Shown here: in pieces, positions 49,221-62,674 of the stretch | How the letters are laid out: each line of letters begins with the position of its first letter | How positions within the stretch are numbered: position 1 is the stretch's first letter | From: Octopus bimaculoides | Taxonomy: Eukaryota | NCBI RefSeq assembly: GCF_001194135.2 | Contig: NC_068989.1 | Location: 12,141,798-12,205,797, forward strand | DNA length: 64,000 nucleotides | Direction of reading: 5' to 3' | Position numbers and translations under genes: made by a program | Notes under the pieces: model-generated | What the model saw: the letters and a program-made list of their open reading frames with translations, nothing else | What the model was told of the DNA's origin: nothing | The model's database searches: none

Positions 49221-50002
49221 AATATGTTATATATATGTATAATTATATATATATATATATATATATATNNNNNNNNNNNNNNNNNNNNNNNNNNNNNNNN
49301 NNNNNNNNNNNNNNNNNNNNNNNNNNNNNNNNNNNNNNNNNNNNNNNNNNNNNNNNNNNNNNNNNNNNNNNNNNNNNNNNNNNNNNNNNNNNNNNNNNNN
49401 NNNNNNNNNNNNNNNNNNNNNNNNNNNNNNNNNNNNNNNNNNNNNNNNNNNNNNNNNNNNNNNNNNNNNNNNNNNNNNNNNNNNNNNNNNNNNNNNNNNN
49501 NNNNNNNNNNNNNNNNNNNNNNNNNNNNNNNNNNNNNNNNNNNNNNNNNNNNNNNNNNNNNNNNNNNNNNNNNNNNNNNNNNNNNNNNNNNNNNNNNNNN
49601 NNNNNNNNNNNNNNNNNNNNNNNNNNNNNNNNNNNNNNNNNNNNNNNCCCCATCTATTTCTACTCAAGGGGTTCATTGTAATCGTAATAGATAAAACTGA
49701 TAACAATACACATAAATCGTCATTTTATGTATTCATTGCCTTCTAAAATATTTGTTTCCTCCATCACCCCATGCTTACAGTTTTCTAAATGAAGATGATG
49801 TCAATTTGTTTTCTTCCTTTCTTTCCATTGTCCTTCTTATTTGTTACCACGATGTTTTTAGATTTTAACTCCTGCGTTTCTTTTGTGAATTTCTACGAAA
49901 GAATCCAACTTTATTTCAATGTAAACGAACCACGTAAATGTCAAAGACTTGTACAGCGTCATAAAAATCATGTTGGCCAGTCTGTATGTGTGTATAAGTG
50001 TA

Positions 50003-50034
<32 letters not shown>

Positions 50035-51098
50035 ATATATANNNNNNNNNNNNNNNNNNNNNNNNNNNNNNNNNNNNNNNNNNNNNNNNNNNNNNNNNNN
50101 NNNNNNNNNNNNNNNNNNNNNNNNNNNNNNNNNNNNNNNNNNNNNNNNNNNNNNNNNNNNNNNNNNNNNNNNNNNNNNNNNNNNNNNNNNNNNNNNNNNN
50201 NNNNNNNNNNNNNNNNNNNNNNNNNNNNNNNNNNNNNNNNNNNNNNNNNNNNNNNNNNNNNNNNNNNNNNNNNNNNNNNNNNNNNNNNNNNNNNNNNNNN
50301 NNNNNNNNNNNNNNNNNNNNNNNNNNNNNNNNNNNNNNNNNNNNNNNNNNNNNNNNNNNNNNNNNNNNNNNNNNNNNNNNNNNNNNNNNNNNNNNNNNNN
50401 NNNNNNNNNNNNNNNNNNNNNNNNNNNNNNNNNNNNNNNNNNNNNNNNNNNNNNNNNNNNNNNNNNNNNNNNNNNNNNNNNNNNNNNNNNNNNNNNNNNN
50501 NNNNNNNNNNNNNNNNNNNNNNNNNNNNNNNNNNNNNNNNNNNNNNNNNNNNNNNNNNNNNNNNNNNATATATATATATATATACATACGTGCATATATA
50601 CAAGTATTCGCAGGCAGGTAGCAACGCGCAAACACACAAACACAAACATGCGCGCACACACATACACACACACACACACACACACGCGCACATATAGTCA
50701 TTCACTCTTCTTTTCGCCCTTTTAATAGTTTCACCCCAAGGGCTGTGACCACGCTGGGGCGCCGCCATATACGTATGTATGTTCAATTACGTATATAATT
50801 AAAAAAAGACGGATAGCGTACGGCCATCCACATTTGAACAGCAACGGAAAAAAAAATAAAAGAACAACAAGAACAAGAACAACAATAATAATAATAATAA
50901 TAATGCTAATGACAATAGTAACAATAATGATAATGCTAATGATAATAATAATAATAATTATAGCAACAATAATAACAACAACAATGACGGTGACTTTTGC
51001 ATTTAGTAATGGCGGCGGCGGCGGCGGCGGTGATGACGACGCATAAGTTTGTGATGAAGATCGTAATGATGAATGGTGAACGTATGAATCTCGAATTG

Positions 51099-51135
<37 letters not shown>

Positions 51136-51382
51136 ACAGACGCACAGTTGTATCTATGTGTGATTCACGCACATATACACACGCTCATTCCTTCAATTTT
51201 AGATGACATTGCATTTTTCTCCATTCTCTACTTCTTCATGTATGACTAAATCCAAACTTACTCTACAAACATGTAACTATTCACATCTGCGTATGCGAAT
51301 TTCATACGCTAATACACTTCTTCGTGCAACGTATGTGCATATATATGTGCATGTGTAAATGTGCATACGTGTATAACTGACG

Positions 51383-51434
<52 letters not shown>

Positions 51435-52578
51435 CTGTGTGTATGTGTAAATGAGTATACCAGTATACGTCAGGTTGTGTGTGTATGAGAGTTACTGTGA
51501 TCTGAGCGAAAATCGGTTTTAGCATCATCCTGAAGAGAGTGTATAGGAATATAATAAAATAAATTGCAAGAATATTCCAACAAAGGCATTCCAATATCAT
51601 TGTATTTTTGCTATGCTTATTTTGTAGTTATTTTACTTCCATTGATTTTCCTTCATTTTTTCCTTTTTTTTTTTTCCATCTCCCTGGTTTATTTTCTTCT
51701 TCGAATGTTAGCTGTTTATCTAAATCGTTTGTTGAATATTTATTGCCGATTGTCCGGCTATTTAAATTTTGTGAGAAGAATCTTTGATGCTCTAATGCCT
51801 CGAGGCTATTTTACTACATTACAGCGGTATTCATAAGTGGATAATCCTCTCTGTCTTTTGACTTTTCCTTCTGTAATAATCTAAGGCCCCCACCAACCTC
51901 TCCCAACGTTCTTCCACTGTCTGATGCTCTCTATCTGTCTATCTATCTGTCTCTGTATCTCTATATCTCTATATCCCTTTATATGGTGACTTGTTTCTTT
52001 GACTCGAAAGTCTACCGAAAGAAATCATCTGGTTTGAATAAGTTTCTTCATTGCTTCGGGAGTTTTAGTGTCTATTGATCGTCCAGTCAAAATCAAGAGG
52101 TTTTTCCCCTCTGTAGTCGCAGTAAAAAGAAAGAAAAAAAAACTGCGAAAGTATAACACGTGCTCAGGGCACGGAATGGTAACAATGCAAGTGAAATGCA
52201 ATCCCAGGTGACTTCAGAGTATTAATTTCCCGCCTACAGCTTAACTTAGGCGTATATTATACACAAAAAGGCGGGCGGAAGCGTACTTAGACTCAAACGT
52301 TAGTACATATGTTAATACATATGCTGACAAAATTAACACAGAGAATATTAGAAAGAAAAGAAAAGAAAAGTTTTGCGTATGTATATGTATTTGAAAGCGA
52401 ATGTGAAATAAGAAAAGTTCTTTCGCTCTTAAAAAGACTTCAAACTCAAACAGATCTACAGATGATAGCCATGTAACGTGAGATTCCGCGTTATTTCTAG
52501 TTCTGTAACATACTTGATATAAATATAAAATTGCGCATTGTTTCAGTAAACAACAAAACGAATCAAATTAGCCCATAG

Positions 52579-52619
<41 letters not shown>

Positions 52620-52849
52620 CACACACACACACATATATATANNNNNNNNNNNNNNNNNNNNNNNNNNNNNNNNNNNNNNNNNNNNNNNNNNNNNNNNNNN
52701 NNNNNNNNNNNNNNNNNNNNNNNNNNNNNNNNNNNNNNNNNNNNNNNNNNNNNNNNNNNNNNNNNNNNNNNNNNNNNNNNNNNNNNNNNNNNNNNNNNNN
52801 NNNNNNNNNNNNNNNNNNNNNNNNNNNNNNNNNNNNNNNNNNNNNNNNN

Positions 52850-52894
<45 letters not shown>

Positions 52895-53081
52895 CTATGT
52901 ATGTATGTAAGTATACATGGGAACATGAAATTCTTTACGGAGTATGGCGGAATGCGGTCGTTGTTTAATAGGTTCAGCAACTAAATCTATTTTTTTTTTC
53001 CTTTTCTTTTGTTTAGACTGAATCTGCTATTTTGTTGTAAATTCAGATTAGAAACAAAGTTTCCCCAATATCAATTAATAT

Positions 53082-53256
53082 TTCTTTCTCCTATAACCAC
53101 ATGGCCTGAAATTCTTTTGAGGGGAAGGTTTATCGATTACATCGAACCGTGTGTGAAACTGGTACTTATATTCTCGACTCCGAAAGGGTGAATTTGAACA
53201 CTGAAGGTAAAGCCGTATGAAATGCTGCGCAAAAATTCTGTCAATTCGCCGCCTTT
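53082..53256 (-). mobile_element. SINE A with internal deletion
   Basis: AACTGGTACTTAT, CGACTCCGAAAGGG, AATTTGAAC and TCGCCGCCTT. Confidence 0.7.
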
Positions 53257-53472
53257 AAATATCAACCAATATAAAAAAATAAATTGCCGAAACAGCTGTA
53301 ACCTAATGAAGTTCAAAAGATAATTTTTTATTCCTTCGCCATCTCATTTCCTTATTACCGCTGTATACTCGTCTAACACTTCGTTCTGATAGATACGTAT
53401 AGTGAGTCCTAACACCAGGTATTTAGTCTCGCAATGTCAAAGCGAAATATTAAAATCATATATAATATTAAT

Positions 53473-53662
53473 AAGGCGGCGAGCTGGCAGAATCGTTAGC
53501 ACTCCGGGCGAAATGCTTAACGGTATTTCGTCTGCCGCTACGTTTTGAGTTCAAATTCCGCCGAGGTTGACTTTCACTCTTTCGGGGTCCAAAACTGTAA
53601 TCATCTATCCCACTCCCACCAAATTTCAGGTTTTGTGCCCTTTGTAGAAGAGAGATTATTAT
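53473..53662 (+). mobile_element. SINE A with internal deletion
   Basis: AGGCGGCGAGCTGGCAGAATCGTTAGC, GAGTTCAAATTCCGCCGAGG and CAAATTTCAGG..TTGTGCC tail. Confidence 0.85.
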
Positions 53663-53683
53663 ATCAAGTCTTATTATGTTATA

Positions 53684-53931
53684 CAGGGTGTTCAAAAAGT
53701 CTCTCCACAGTTAATTTTTTTCATCCTAATTCTCCAAGAGCAGACTCACCAAGATGTATTTCAAAACATGTGTAGAAGAATCGCATTGAAAATGAAGGAA
53801 CACTTTCAACACCTCTTATAAAGTTTTTTAAAGTTTTGTAAAGGTTTAATATATTCTTTTGTAGTCTTAAACCATCTTACAAATATTTATTTTGAAGTAA
53901 AATACTGCGAGTAGACTTTTTGAACACCCTA
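53684..53931 (+). mobile_element. Tc1/mariner deletion derivative (MITE), 248 bp
   Basis: TA|CAGGGTGTTCAAAAAGTCT and AGACTTTTTGAACACCCTA|TA (18/19 TIR); interior retains an ENEGT..FQHLL* transposase C-terminus. Confidence 0.88.
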
Positions 53932-55790
53932 TATCATATTATATATATTGATCGGATAAGAGAATTGAAGTCAGTAGTGAATAGATGTTTATTCCTATAA
54001 TTGGGAGCTCACTAGAGTTTGGATCAATGCATGTATGCACGTGAATATCATAACGCAAATGATGATATAGACTGATTTGGTCACTTAAACAAAACAATAA
54101 AATTCTACCGTTTATGAAATTACTATTTGATAAAACTATTTTTTGAGAATAGTCGTATGCGGTGTATGCATGTTTATTGGTGCCGTTATCAATGTTTTTA
54201 GAATGATAATTCTGTCCTAAATCATCCGTGCATGAAATTAGAATACTTTCGGCCGTTCTCCCATGCACCTAAGTACCTCTGTTAAAATAAATTCGTTGTT
54301 TCTAAGAATCTAGGCCTCCAGTACCGATATTTAACGATATTGAACGATATTTAGCTTACTTTATTTCTCTCCGTATTTTTCATTCTATTCACGTGTTCGG
54401 TTATTTATTCATTTCTTTATAATTTTCTCTTTTTAGCATCATATGGTTTATTCATATAAATATTACGGAATGGTCTGCTAAATCTTTAGAATGCAAATCT
54501 GCATGATAAACATATTTTTTGTGATTTTATCTTCTATTTCTTGATTATATTGTATTTACTTTATTTTATATACTTTTACACACATCATATTTTATAACTA
54601 TCTAATGAAACTATGTGCTATTTATAGTAGAGTCTGGTGTTTTAACTGACCATGAAATGTTCTGAAGCGTAGTCTCTTCACTATGTTGCAGCGACCCCTA
54701 CCCATGTCTCCTCCTTCCACGTGACTGGTATCCGGCCAGCCATGATCTTTCTTTCTTGGCCTGACTGCCGACCGCCAACACCTCTTGTGTCCATCTCCCA
54801 TGTTCCTGCGTTTAGGCTTTCACTTCACACACGCCAGCTCAATTTGATTCGTTCTCAGTCGAAACACGCCTGTTGTTATTTCTTGTTGTTTGCATTTATA
54901 ATTGTGTACCATGTTCCCCGTTTTTTGTTTGTTTGTTTGTTTTTGTCTTTGTTGCCGTACACTTTCGCTAGCTTTCTTACAAAGGGATCTAATGCTCTTA
55001 GCTTAGACTCTTTTGGGGGCAACCAGATGGAACCATCTCAAGTGTAACTGCCCGAAATGGTCGTGACTTCAGGGACTTGACTGATGAAAGAAAGCCAAGA
55101 ATGACCCGTCTTTTTTTCTTGTCCCTCTAATTGTTGTTTCGCTTGTCCGCCTTTGTGTCGTCTATATGTCCGAACGTTTTAATGCCCTCTATTGTGTTGT
55201 TNNNNNNNNNNNNNNNNNNNNNNNNNNNNNNNNNNNNNNNNNNNNNNNNNNNNNNNNNNNNNNNNNNNNNNNNNNNNNNNNNNNNNNNNNNNNNNNNNNN
55301 NNNNNNNNNNNNNNNNNNNNNNNNNNNNNNNNNNNNNNNNNNNNNNNNNNNNNNNNNNNNNNNNNNNNNNNNNNNNNNNNNNNNNNNNNNNNNNNNNNNN
55401 NNNNNNNNNNNNNNNNNNNNNTATATATATATATATATGTATATGTATATATCTCTGTGTGTGTGTATGTGTGTGTAGGGATTTGTAGTTTCGCCTGTGT
55501 AACTAAAATAAGTTATGAAACGGCCTGTCAACTAATGTAATAAACATATATTCTCTCAATTTGCTTCTTTTATTTGATAGATTTGATTGTTATATACATA
55601 CTGGATTCTGAAACGATGGTGAGGTTACATTCTAGCCTTAAGCATGTTTTTTTTCTCTATAGACAAGCACAGGGTGGGGAGCTGGTTGTAAGCCCGTTTC
55701 ACTCTTTGAATCCCTATTCTTACACACACACACACAGACACACACGCACGTGTGTTTTTGCGCACGTTTGTGCATGTATCTATATCAATA

Positions 55791-56460
55791 TACTCTTTTA
55801 CTCTTTTACTTGTTTCAGTCATTTGACTGCGGCCATACTGGAGCACCACCTTTAGTCGAGAAAATCGACCCCAGGACTTATTCTTATTCTTTGTAAGCCT
55901 AGTACTTATTCTATCGGTCTCTTTTTGCTGAACCGCTAAGTTACGGGGACGTAAACACACCAGCATCGGTTGTCAAGTGATGGTGGGGGGACAAACACAG
56001 ACACACAAACACACACACACACACACACACACACANNNNNNNNNNNNNNNNNNNNNNNNNNNNNNNNNNNNNNNNNNNNNNNNNNNNNNNNNNNNNNNNN
56101 NNNNNNNNNNNNNNNNNNNNNNNNNNNNNNNNNNNNNNNNNNNNNNNNNNNNNNNNNNNNNNNNNNNNNNNNNNNNNNNNNNNNNNNNNNNNNNNNNNNN
56201 NNNNNTAGGGAAAATAACCAAGTTTCAAGAGATTTTAATTGAGTTTTTACCTGTAATTTTGGATTTTGTCCCTAATATTATCATATATATATATACATAT
56301 ATACGACGGGTTTCTTTCAGTTTCTGTCTACCAAATCCACTCACAAGGCTTTGGTCGGCCCGAGCCTATAGTAGAAGACACTTGCCCAAGGTGCCACGCA
56401 GTGGGAATGAAGCCGGAACCATGTGGTTGGAAAGCAAGCTACTTACCACACAGCCACTCC
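55791..56460 (-). mobile_element. SINE family B tail and head separated by (AC)n, a gap and about 80 bp of unrelated sequence
   Basis: Tail 55791-56010 and head 56300-56460 match the reference; may be two elements. Confidence 0.85.
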
Positions 56461-57541
56461 TGTGAATGTATATTGTGTCCGGTATTAGTATTTCGAGTTA
56501 CTCTTCTCAATTTCGACAAAGGCGCATGAATTTTACACTGGTTCACTCTTGACACACTTAACGAAAGAGACATTTTCATACAGTGGTCTTTGAACTCTTT
56601 GTTGTATAGCAGAGATTTCAAAATTTCAATCATTACAAATGTAATATTTCATTGACGTTATTGGCAATAAATCAATGACCCAAATCTTTTTCACTGCAAT
56701 GTTTTAAAATCTAAATTTTATAGTATAGAACAACACAAACATACAATATGATTTGATTAATGGTTTTTAAAGAATCTTTGAAATATAAACCTCACAAGAA
56801 AGATAGTAAAGTTAAAGGTAATAATATATGAAATTTTATTCATACATGATAGGTATAGATTTATTTTAAATGTAATTTTTTTGTTATAATAAAACGCATT
56901 GTGAACGCTGTTGTTTTAAATTTCATTCATCTAAGTCAAACAGTTATTTTCTGTTATATTTCTTTTTTACTGTCGTAGTTTAGTCACAGTTTACATCAAT
57001 CCATTAGTTCTGATTAAAACATCGTTTATTTCTTCATACATTCCATCTATGGCCACATTATACAATGTGGACATTTCTCCTTCTGTTTTTTATTATATAG
57101 CGTGACTTGTGAAAGATGTGGTTGAACATTGTAGATGATCATTGAATTTCCTTGTTGTCCTCTCGTTGGTTTGTGGCACAGCAGTTTCCGTACAATAATA
57201 CATTAACCCGCATCAATATTTTATACGATATAATAGTGAAAAATAACATTTATTGGAGTTTCACTTTTTCTGATAAGATCTCAGTTGTTTGGAAACAATA
57301 TTCTTTGTAAAAATCTTAACTTATCAAATATTGCTCAACAAAATATTTAGGACGAACTGATACTTTTCCAGAAATTGAATATGTCATATATTCTATAGTC
57401 TGTGACTATTTTTTGTATCGTATTTATTTGACTGACGCAGTTTGTTGCAATGTAATTATATATATTGTTATTTATATTTATATTGTGTACATATCGGCAT
57501 TATATTATCAATTGATAAGGAATGTTGCTCATTTTATGACT

Positions 57542-57745
57542 ATCATAATCATTTCTCCCATACGGCCAAGGCCTGACATTTTAGTGGTGGGGGAGCTGTA
57601 GGCGATTACATTGAACCCTGTGTTCAACTGGTACTTATTTCACTGACCCCGAAATGATGAAAGGCAAAGTTCTGATTCCCAGCGGAATTTGAGCTTAGCA
57701 GCATTTTCTCCGGCATGTTGAAGATTCTGCTAGCGGGCAGCTTAA
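57542..57745 (-). mobile_element. Diverged SINE A
   Basis: AACTGGTACTTATTTCACTGACCCCGAAATGATGAAAGGCAAAG and GCGGAATTTGAGC. Confidence 0.75.
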
Positions 57746-59546
57746 TTTCACATCTGTCATAATGACGACAACGTCTTCGACAAATAGCAACACTATTAAT
57801 ATAATTTACAATACTAACATTGATTTCTAACACAAAGTCACTGTTTAGTGAAGCGAAAATCGACAGTACTTCTCGACTGGTACTTCAAATGACCAACAAA
57901 CCAAATTTGACGTCGGTGGGGTTTGAAATCAAAGCGTAAACATCTATAACGAATAACCCAATAGTACTTTGCTTGTGGGTCGAGTACTTAACTGTCTGTA
58001 AAAAATTACATCAATAATATCGCTCATAATCGAAGCGTAATTTAAATATTCTTAATTGTTTTAATGGACTTGATCAGAATTCTACACTAGAAAATTCATA
58101 TGGTGAATATTTTCCTACAATTTTTTTGTTTTACGTCTGTGTGCTTTCTTCAACAGTAAAATAATATTGTATAGTCGCGTTCACACAAGATTATAGTACT
58201 TTTATAAATTAGTATATCTGATGCTCTTGACCTACGTAGACGAACAGCATTCGTCCATGTAGGTTGGGAGATGTTCAACGTGGATGATGAACTTGCAAGA
58301 ACAAACAACCATTAAAATTTGCCTTATCAAGAAATAAATACAAAGAATGCATAGACACTTGAGCTAGTGCATAAAGTGAAAAGCTGAGGTGGCCATAGTT
58401 ACATGATCAAGATGATAGGTCTGTGATACGAGAGCTGAATCAAGGAGGAACTCTAAAATGAAAAGAAAGCGCGATGTATTTTTTAAAAATCAAAATCAAA
58501 TGAGGAAGCCTTATAAATCCCAGCGATAGCTGTGGAATATTTTCAAATACAAAGAAACAACTTTTAGCACAGTATCATTTTCTGGGATGAACCCCACAAG
58601 TACGGAAAGTTGGGAGTTAAAGGACTTTGCCTGAAACACGTTTTTCGTTTTGTAAATATTAATAATTTGCTGCAATTTCTCAACAATTTATATTTATTAT
58701 TTAATGACAGGATTGGCGAAATGAAGAACAACGCCTTTATGTAGAGGAAATATCACATTAGCAAAATAATTATTCCGAAGAATTTCTTGGGCATCAAAGC
58801 AAGGGAAAGTGTAATTTGCTAGAATGAGCAAACACATTAAAAAAATGGGGTTGATTATGAGAATATTATTATTGCTCTCAACGCATTAATAGCGCTCTTA
58901 TCGTATTTCATTTTAAAGAATTGAAATAGAAGTGAACAGAATTAGAAAGTGCACAATTAATAACTTGAACGAAAGATCAGTTATTGTAACTGATTTTCGT
59001 ATGAAGCAGGGCGATTCGTTCATTACGTAAATGCACATTTTAAGGGCAACAGTTGAGAAAGGATTACATGACGTTTTAGAACAGTTTAAAAAGGCGATTA
59101 TTTATATTGCATAGACACCCAAGAGAACTTCTGCTGCACAGTTTGGGAATTAAAACTGAATTATAAAGCTAAATCAATTATCAAAATAGTTACGATGTTG
59201 TTGCTAGAGATTTGCTTATCTTTTAAATATAATTAATATAAATAAATGTACTTGAGTTAAAAACAAAATAAAATCATCACATTTAATAAAATATAAATTT
59301 CAGTTGGTATCATAGTATGTATCACACGCGTTATAACTATACCTAAGTCCGTATATGTATGTATATATGTAAGCATATGTGTGTGTGTGTGTGTGTGTGT
59401 ATAAATACAGTGTACATTTAAACACATAAGAGGTATCCATTATAGGATTCCTTGCAGGCTAGACAGAACAGCTAAATTCCAAACCACTATTAGAGATAAA
59501 AAAACTTCGAAGGGAATGAAAAATAAAAACATTTACCATCTCTCTC

Positions 59547-59567
59547 CTGGACCATGGTTTCAGACTT
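59547..59567 (-). ncRNA. 3' half of a probable HHR motif; 5' half not visible before the gap
   Basis: AAGTCT-GAAAC-CATG-GTC-CAG: palindromic ACCAUGGU stem III and GUC triplet. Confidence 0.4.
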
Positions 59568-60150
59568 AATTTAGCAAATAAAATAATTTGCTANNNNNNN
59601 NNNNNNNNNNNNNNNNNNNNNNNNNNNNNNNNNNNNNNNNNNNNNNNNNNNNNNNNNNNNNNNNNNNNNNNNNNNNNNNNNNNNNNNNNNNNNNNNNNNN
59701 NNNNNNNNNNNNNNNNNNNNNNNNNNNNNNNNNNNNNNNNNNNNNNNNNNNNNNNNNNNNNNNNNNNNNNNNNNNNNNNNNNNNNNNNNNNNNNNNNNNN
59801 NNNNNNNNNNNNNNNNNNNNNNNNNNNNNNNNNNNNNNNNNNNNNNNNNNNNNNNNNNNNNNNNNNNNNNNNNNNNNNNNNNNNNNNNNNNNNNNNNNNN
59901 NNNNNNNNNNNNNNNNNNNNNNNNNNNNNNNNNNNNNNNNNNNNNNNNNNNNNNNNNNNNNNNNNNNNNNNNNNNNNNNNNNNNNNNNNNNNNNNNNNNN
60001 NNNNNNNNNNNNNNNNNNNNNNNNNNNNNNNNNNNNNNNNNNNNNNNNNNNNNNNNNNNNNNNNNNNNNNNNNNNNNNNNNNNNNNNNNNNNNNNNNNNN
60101 NNNNNNNNNNNNNNNNNNNNNNNNNNNNNNNNNNNNNNNNNNNNNNNNNN

Positions 60151-60234
60151 TGGGCAAGTGTCTTCTACTATAGCCTCGAGCCGACCAAAGCCTTGTGAGT
60201 GGATTTGGTAGACGGAAACTGAAAGAAGCCCGTC

Positions 60235-60240
<6 letters not shown>
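60151..60240 (+). mobile_element. SINE family B head fragment emerging from a gap
   Basis: TGGGCAAGTGTCTTCTACTATAGCCTCG through GACGGAAACTGAAAGAAGCCCGTCG. Confidence 0.9.
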
Positions 60241-60276
<36 letters not shown>

Positions 60277-60572
60277 GTGCCCTCATCAAATTCACTTGAA
60301 ATGAAAAATGGGCAGCAAAGCGAATTTACTGAATGGTGCATAAACGTGGTGAGTATGGTCCGGTTTAAGGGGCCTCCTCTGAGCACATCGAAAGTGACAG
60401 TTTGGAGAGGGTTCTCACTCTGAGTGATCAGAGTGTCCGTGGTTGCTGTGGTGTTTCCAAGAGAAGAGCTGGAGATTTGGTGGGAGTTTGGTTTTTGTTT
60501 GTTAATAATATTTGTGTTGTTTTGAATTTTTGTATTAGTGGAAAAAATAATTTGATTTTGTATGAAATATAT

Positions 60573-60617
60573 CTACCACTACCACCACTACTACTGCTAG
60601 GGCTGCTGTTACTACTA

Positions 60618-60664
<47 letters not shown>

Positions 60665-60811
60665 GAGCTGCTGCTGCTACTACCACTACCAATACTACCA
60701 TTACTACTACGACCACTACTACTACTGCTGCTACTACTACAGCAACTACTACTACTACTACTGCTGCTACTACTACTACTACTACAATTACTACTACTAC
60801 TACTACTACTA

Positions 60812-60856
<45 letters not shown>
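60573..60856. repeat. (CTA)/(CTG)/(CCA)n compound microsatellite
   Basis: Visible arrays running into gap 60857-61641. Confidence 0.92.
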
Positions 60857-62625
60857 NNNNNNNNNNNNNNNNNNNNNNNNNNNNNNNNNNNNNNNNNNNN
60901 NNNNNNNNNNNNNNNNNNNNNNNNNNNNNNNNNNNNNNNNNNNNNNNNNNNNNNNNNNNNNNNNNNNNNNNNNNNNNNNNNNNNNNNNNNNNNNNNNNNN
61001 NNNNNNNNNNNNNNNNNNNNNNNNNNNNNNNNNNNNNNNNNNNNNNNNNNNNNNNNNNNNNNNNNNNNNNNNNNNNNNNNNNNNNNNNNNNNNNNNNNNN
61101 NNNNNNNNNNNNNNNNNNNNNNNNNNNNNNNNNNNNNNNNNNNNNNNNNNNNNNNNNNNNNNNNNNNNNNNNNNNNNNNNNNNNNNNNNNNNNNNNNNNN
61201 NNNNNNNNNNNNNNNNNNNNNNNNNNNNNNNNNNNNNNNNNNNNNNNNNNNNNNNNNNNNNNNNNNNNNNNNNNNNNNNNNNNNNNNNNNNNNNNNNNNN
61301 NNNNNNNNNNNNNNNNNNNNNNNNNNNNNNNNNNNNNNNNNNNNNNNNNNNNNNNNNNNNNNNNNNNNNNNNNNNNNNNNNNNNNNNNNNNNNNNNNNNN
61401 NNNNNNNNNNNNNNNNNNNNNNNNNNNNNNNNNNNNNNNNNNNNNNNNNNNNNNNNNNNNNNNNNNNNNNNNNNNNNNNNNNNNNNNNNNNNNNNNNNNN
61501 NNNNNNNNNNNNNNNNNNNNNNNNNNNNNNNNNNNNNNNNNNNNNNNNNNNNNNNNNNNNNNNNNNNNNNNNNNNNNNNNNNNNNNNNNNNNNNNNNNNN
61601 NNNNNNNNNNNNNNNNNNNNNNNNNNNNNNNNNNNNNNNNNCTCTTACAATTCTAAAACACATAAGTTTCTGTATGAAACATGTAATCTTCAGGCTGTTA
61701 TTGTGCAAGTAGAATTGGTTCTGCTGTTACACTAACTCAATCATTTACTGAACACTGTTATTAAATCCCATACACCTACAGTTGTTTTATGTTATTTCGG
61801 GTGTGTTTCTCTTGTTTTTAAAAGCAAAATCTATAATGATTTATTCATTATGAATACAGGCTTTCAAACTTCTCGTTGTTTACGCGAAGTATTACACAGT
61901 AATGGCATTCTATATTTTTAGGTTTGTGAAGTATTTCGCTATATGTATAATAATAATTGGTTCTGCTACTCTTTGTATGATTTAGAGAATTACGTGTGAA
62001 CTCCATTGTGTGTGTGTGTGTTGTGGAAACGTATTCAAGATTCTCTTTGTGTTTTTTTGTTTTGTTTTTTTTCTTTCGAAAGAGCGTGTTTGTTCGCGTA
62101 TCCAGTCTTACGTTTTATCCCATTAGTGATTGATGTATATTTGTATATGCCTTAGTGTTAGCTTTCTCGTTATGATGCTGATTGCCTTCAATGAGAGCGT
62201 GTCTGTGTGTTTGTGTCTGTTTGTGCTTGTGTGTTGAGTATGCGGACGACTGTACATTAAACAGTTGGGAATTATACACTAAGGTATATATATATGTAAG
62301 TATACTTCTTAACATTTGTATATCTCTAAAAATGTAACGGCATTACCGAATACATTTTAAAAGCAAATAATTCTATGAGCGTGTATTTGTCCGTGTGTAT
62401 GAACGTAAATTTGCCATGTATATATATATACGTATCTATCAATGTAGATGCATGAATGTATGTATGTACACACATATATACAATCATATGTAGCATTTCT
62501 TTTGTGTGTCGGCATCTGTGCATTTGATTGACTAAAATTTTCGGTATTATGTGTATATAAATGTTTATATATGTGTATATATATATATATATGTGTGTGT
62601 GTGTATATATGTGTATGTGTGTATA

Positions 62626-62674
<49 letters not shown>

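Noticed and set aside
54684-55110. GC-richer block starting TGTTGCAGCGACC, LTR-like
   Set aside because: No matching CA terminus, TSD or PBS could be fixed.
60276-60352. Short ORF MKNGQQSEFTEWCINV followed by GTGAGT donor
   Set aside because: No acceptor, partner exon or homology; plausible by chance.
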